This document shows positions 62,711-64,000 of a stretch of DNA of 64,000 bases, piece after piece (within the stretch, counting starts at the first letter, position 1; each line of letters starts with the position of its first letter). The position numbers were made by a program, and so were the translations under genes. Source of the DNA: Trichosphaerium sp. ATCC 40318 (taxonomy: Eukaryota > Protista > Tubulinea); assembly GCA_038496445.1 (NCBI GenBank), contig JALMLS010000340.1:1-64000 (forward strand), written 5' to 3'. Under the pieces are notes generated by a model that saw nothing but the letters and a program-made list of their open reading frames with translations, was not told the origin of the DNA and ran no database searches.

Positions 62711-64000
62711 TCAATCGTAGACAGCCAATGGGATTTTGTAGTGCGCAACGGTACTGGAGGTGGAGGTCTTCATTTCGAACTTGATGCCATAAACGAACTT
62801 GTGCTCCAAAGATACCATAGCAAACGCTTAACAAATTATTTAGATTAACTACCTCGCGTAACAATTACTACCTTTTGCAACGTATGGTTCCTTGTCGAAT
62901 ACGGATGGATAATCAAGTGGAACCAATGGTTCAGTTGCCGTATAGCCGATTTCTCTCAAGCCTATTCAAAAAAACTCCGTTAGCTTGTCACAAAACTGGA
63001 AAGAAAAAAGACGTACTGTTCTTATTCAAATTGCCACCACTTCCTTGGCTGAAACTTATCTCGACAACGCTGGCATCATAGCGATCTTTACTCTCGGTAA
63101 CCTGATAAAGTCAAAAAGCTGCAATAACTATCTTGGGCTTACCCCGTAAGAAAGGCGAGAAGCGCAACTGGTATCATCACACTTAAAGTACTTGGTGATT
63201 TCTTTGCTCTTTTCGAGATATGCCTTGGTCTTCAAGTAGTTAGCTTCCATAGGACCATTGGTATAAGTAACAGTGATGCTAGTGGTCTTGCTCTTATCGT
63301 CTTCAAAAGTGATACGTATCTCCAAAGGACATGGGAACATATCATGTGCGCTGTAAATTTAATTTTAGAAAAATTGGATATTAACGTTGCAATGACTTAC
63401 CGGCGTTGAGGGACAAGCATAGGCTTCTTGATATTGATGTAACTTCTAGTTGCTACTCTTTGTCCGACACATTTGTAGTTTGTGTACGGTTTCTGGTAGT
63501 TCATGCGGTAGTTGTAGAATCCACTCTTAGCTAAAGGAAACAAAGGTGATTAGTTTTGAGAAAAAACGAGGAAGGTTTCAGGTAGTACATCCGGCTGTAG
63601 TCTCATCGAAAGGTTGCCACTCTCCTTTTTTATCTTTGTACTCACTCTTTATGTTCTTCAAGCAAGTTTCTTTAACCTCTCCACTGACCTAACGTAACTG
63701 ATTTAGTGGATAGTACAAGACGACTTAAAATCTAGGACGTACAAGGAACTCGCAGTAGAAGGATTGGTCAAATTTTTCATACCCACCTCTTTGCTCAGCG
63801 AATACCTCATCAATCTGCTCAAAAACGAGTGTCGATCCTCCCTAGCACGTGTTAGATGAATCAAGTATGAGTCTTTGTGTACTGAAGACTTATTATCGTT
63901 GAAATCGTTTGATTTGGTTTTTTTAGGAGGATCAAGAGGAGGCTAGTAGAACTTGTCAGATGGCCAGATAACCTTTATGCTTGACGTACATCAGTGATAA
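62711..64000 (-). CDS. Hypothetical protein, 3' part (5' end beyond the window)
   Basis: Series of exons with canonical short introns, including ORF 63128-63340; ends ...HYKIPLAVYD*. Confidence 0.55.

Overview
Eukaryotic nuclear DNA from a compact, intron-rich protist genome (mostly ~40-80 nt introns, GTAC(G) donors, very short intergenic spacers). It is probably amoebozoan-like, but that is inference only. Bases 1-~8100 are a CpG-depleted nest of dead transposons: a non-LTR RT relic, three copies of a ~1.1-kb TIR element, a 209-bp sister MITE, and a TTAA-flanked Kolobok-type element inserted into another DDE transposase. From ~8.9 kb the window is gene-dense: USP5/Ubp14, RhoGAP, GPATCH1, EF-hand protein, DNAJA, SELENBP1/methanethiol oxidase, amino-acid transporter, DUF427 protein, canopy-like protein, pfkB kinase, a large helical orphan, Clu-TPR-pseudokinase, sorbitol dehydrogenase and DDAH. 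The main finding is five dispersed paralogues built from 3-6 tandem ~70-aa 'W..N.R.F...L.I...DWY...GG.GLL..Y..SL...L...YP....W.F' repeats followed by a Vsr/DUF559/RAP-like PD-(D/E)XK nuclease domain. At least two have mitochondrial-type presequences. One is fused in frame to a minimal ATP-dependent DNA ligase, and the others end at or just after the position where that ligase begins. This is a candidate modular 'recognise-cut-ligate' organellar system. All exon structures were assembled by eye, and several 5' ends are uncertain.
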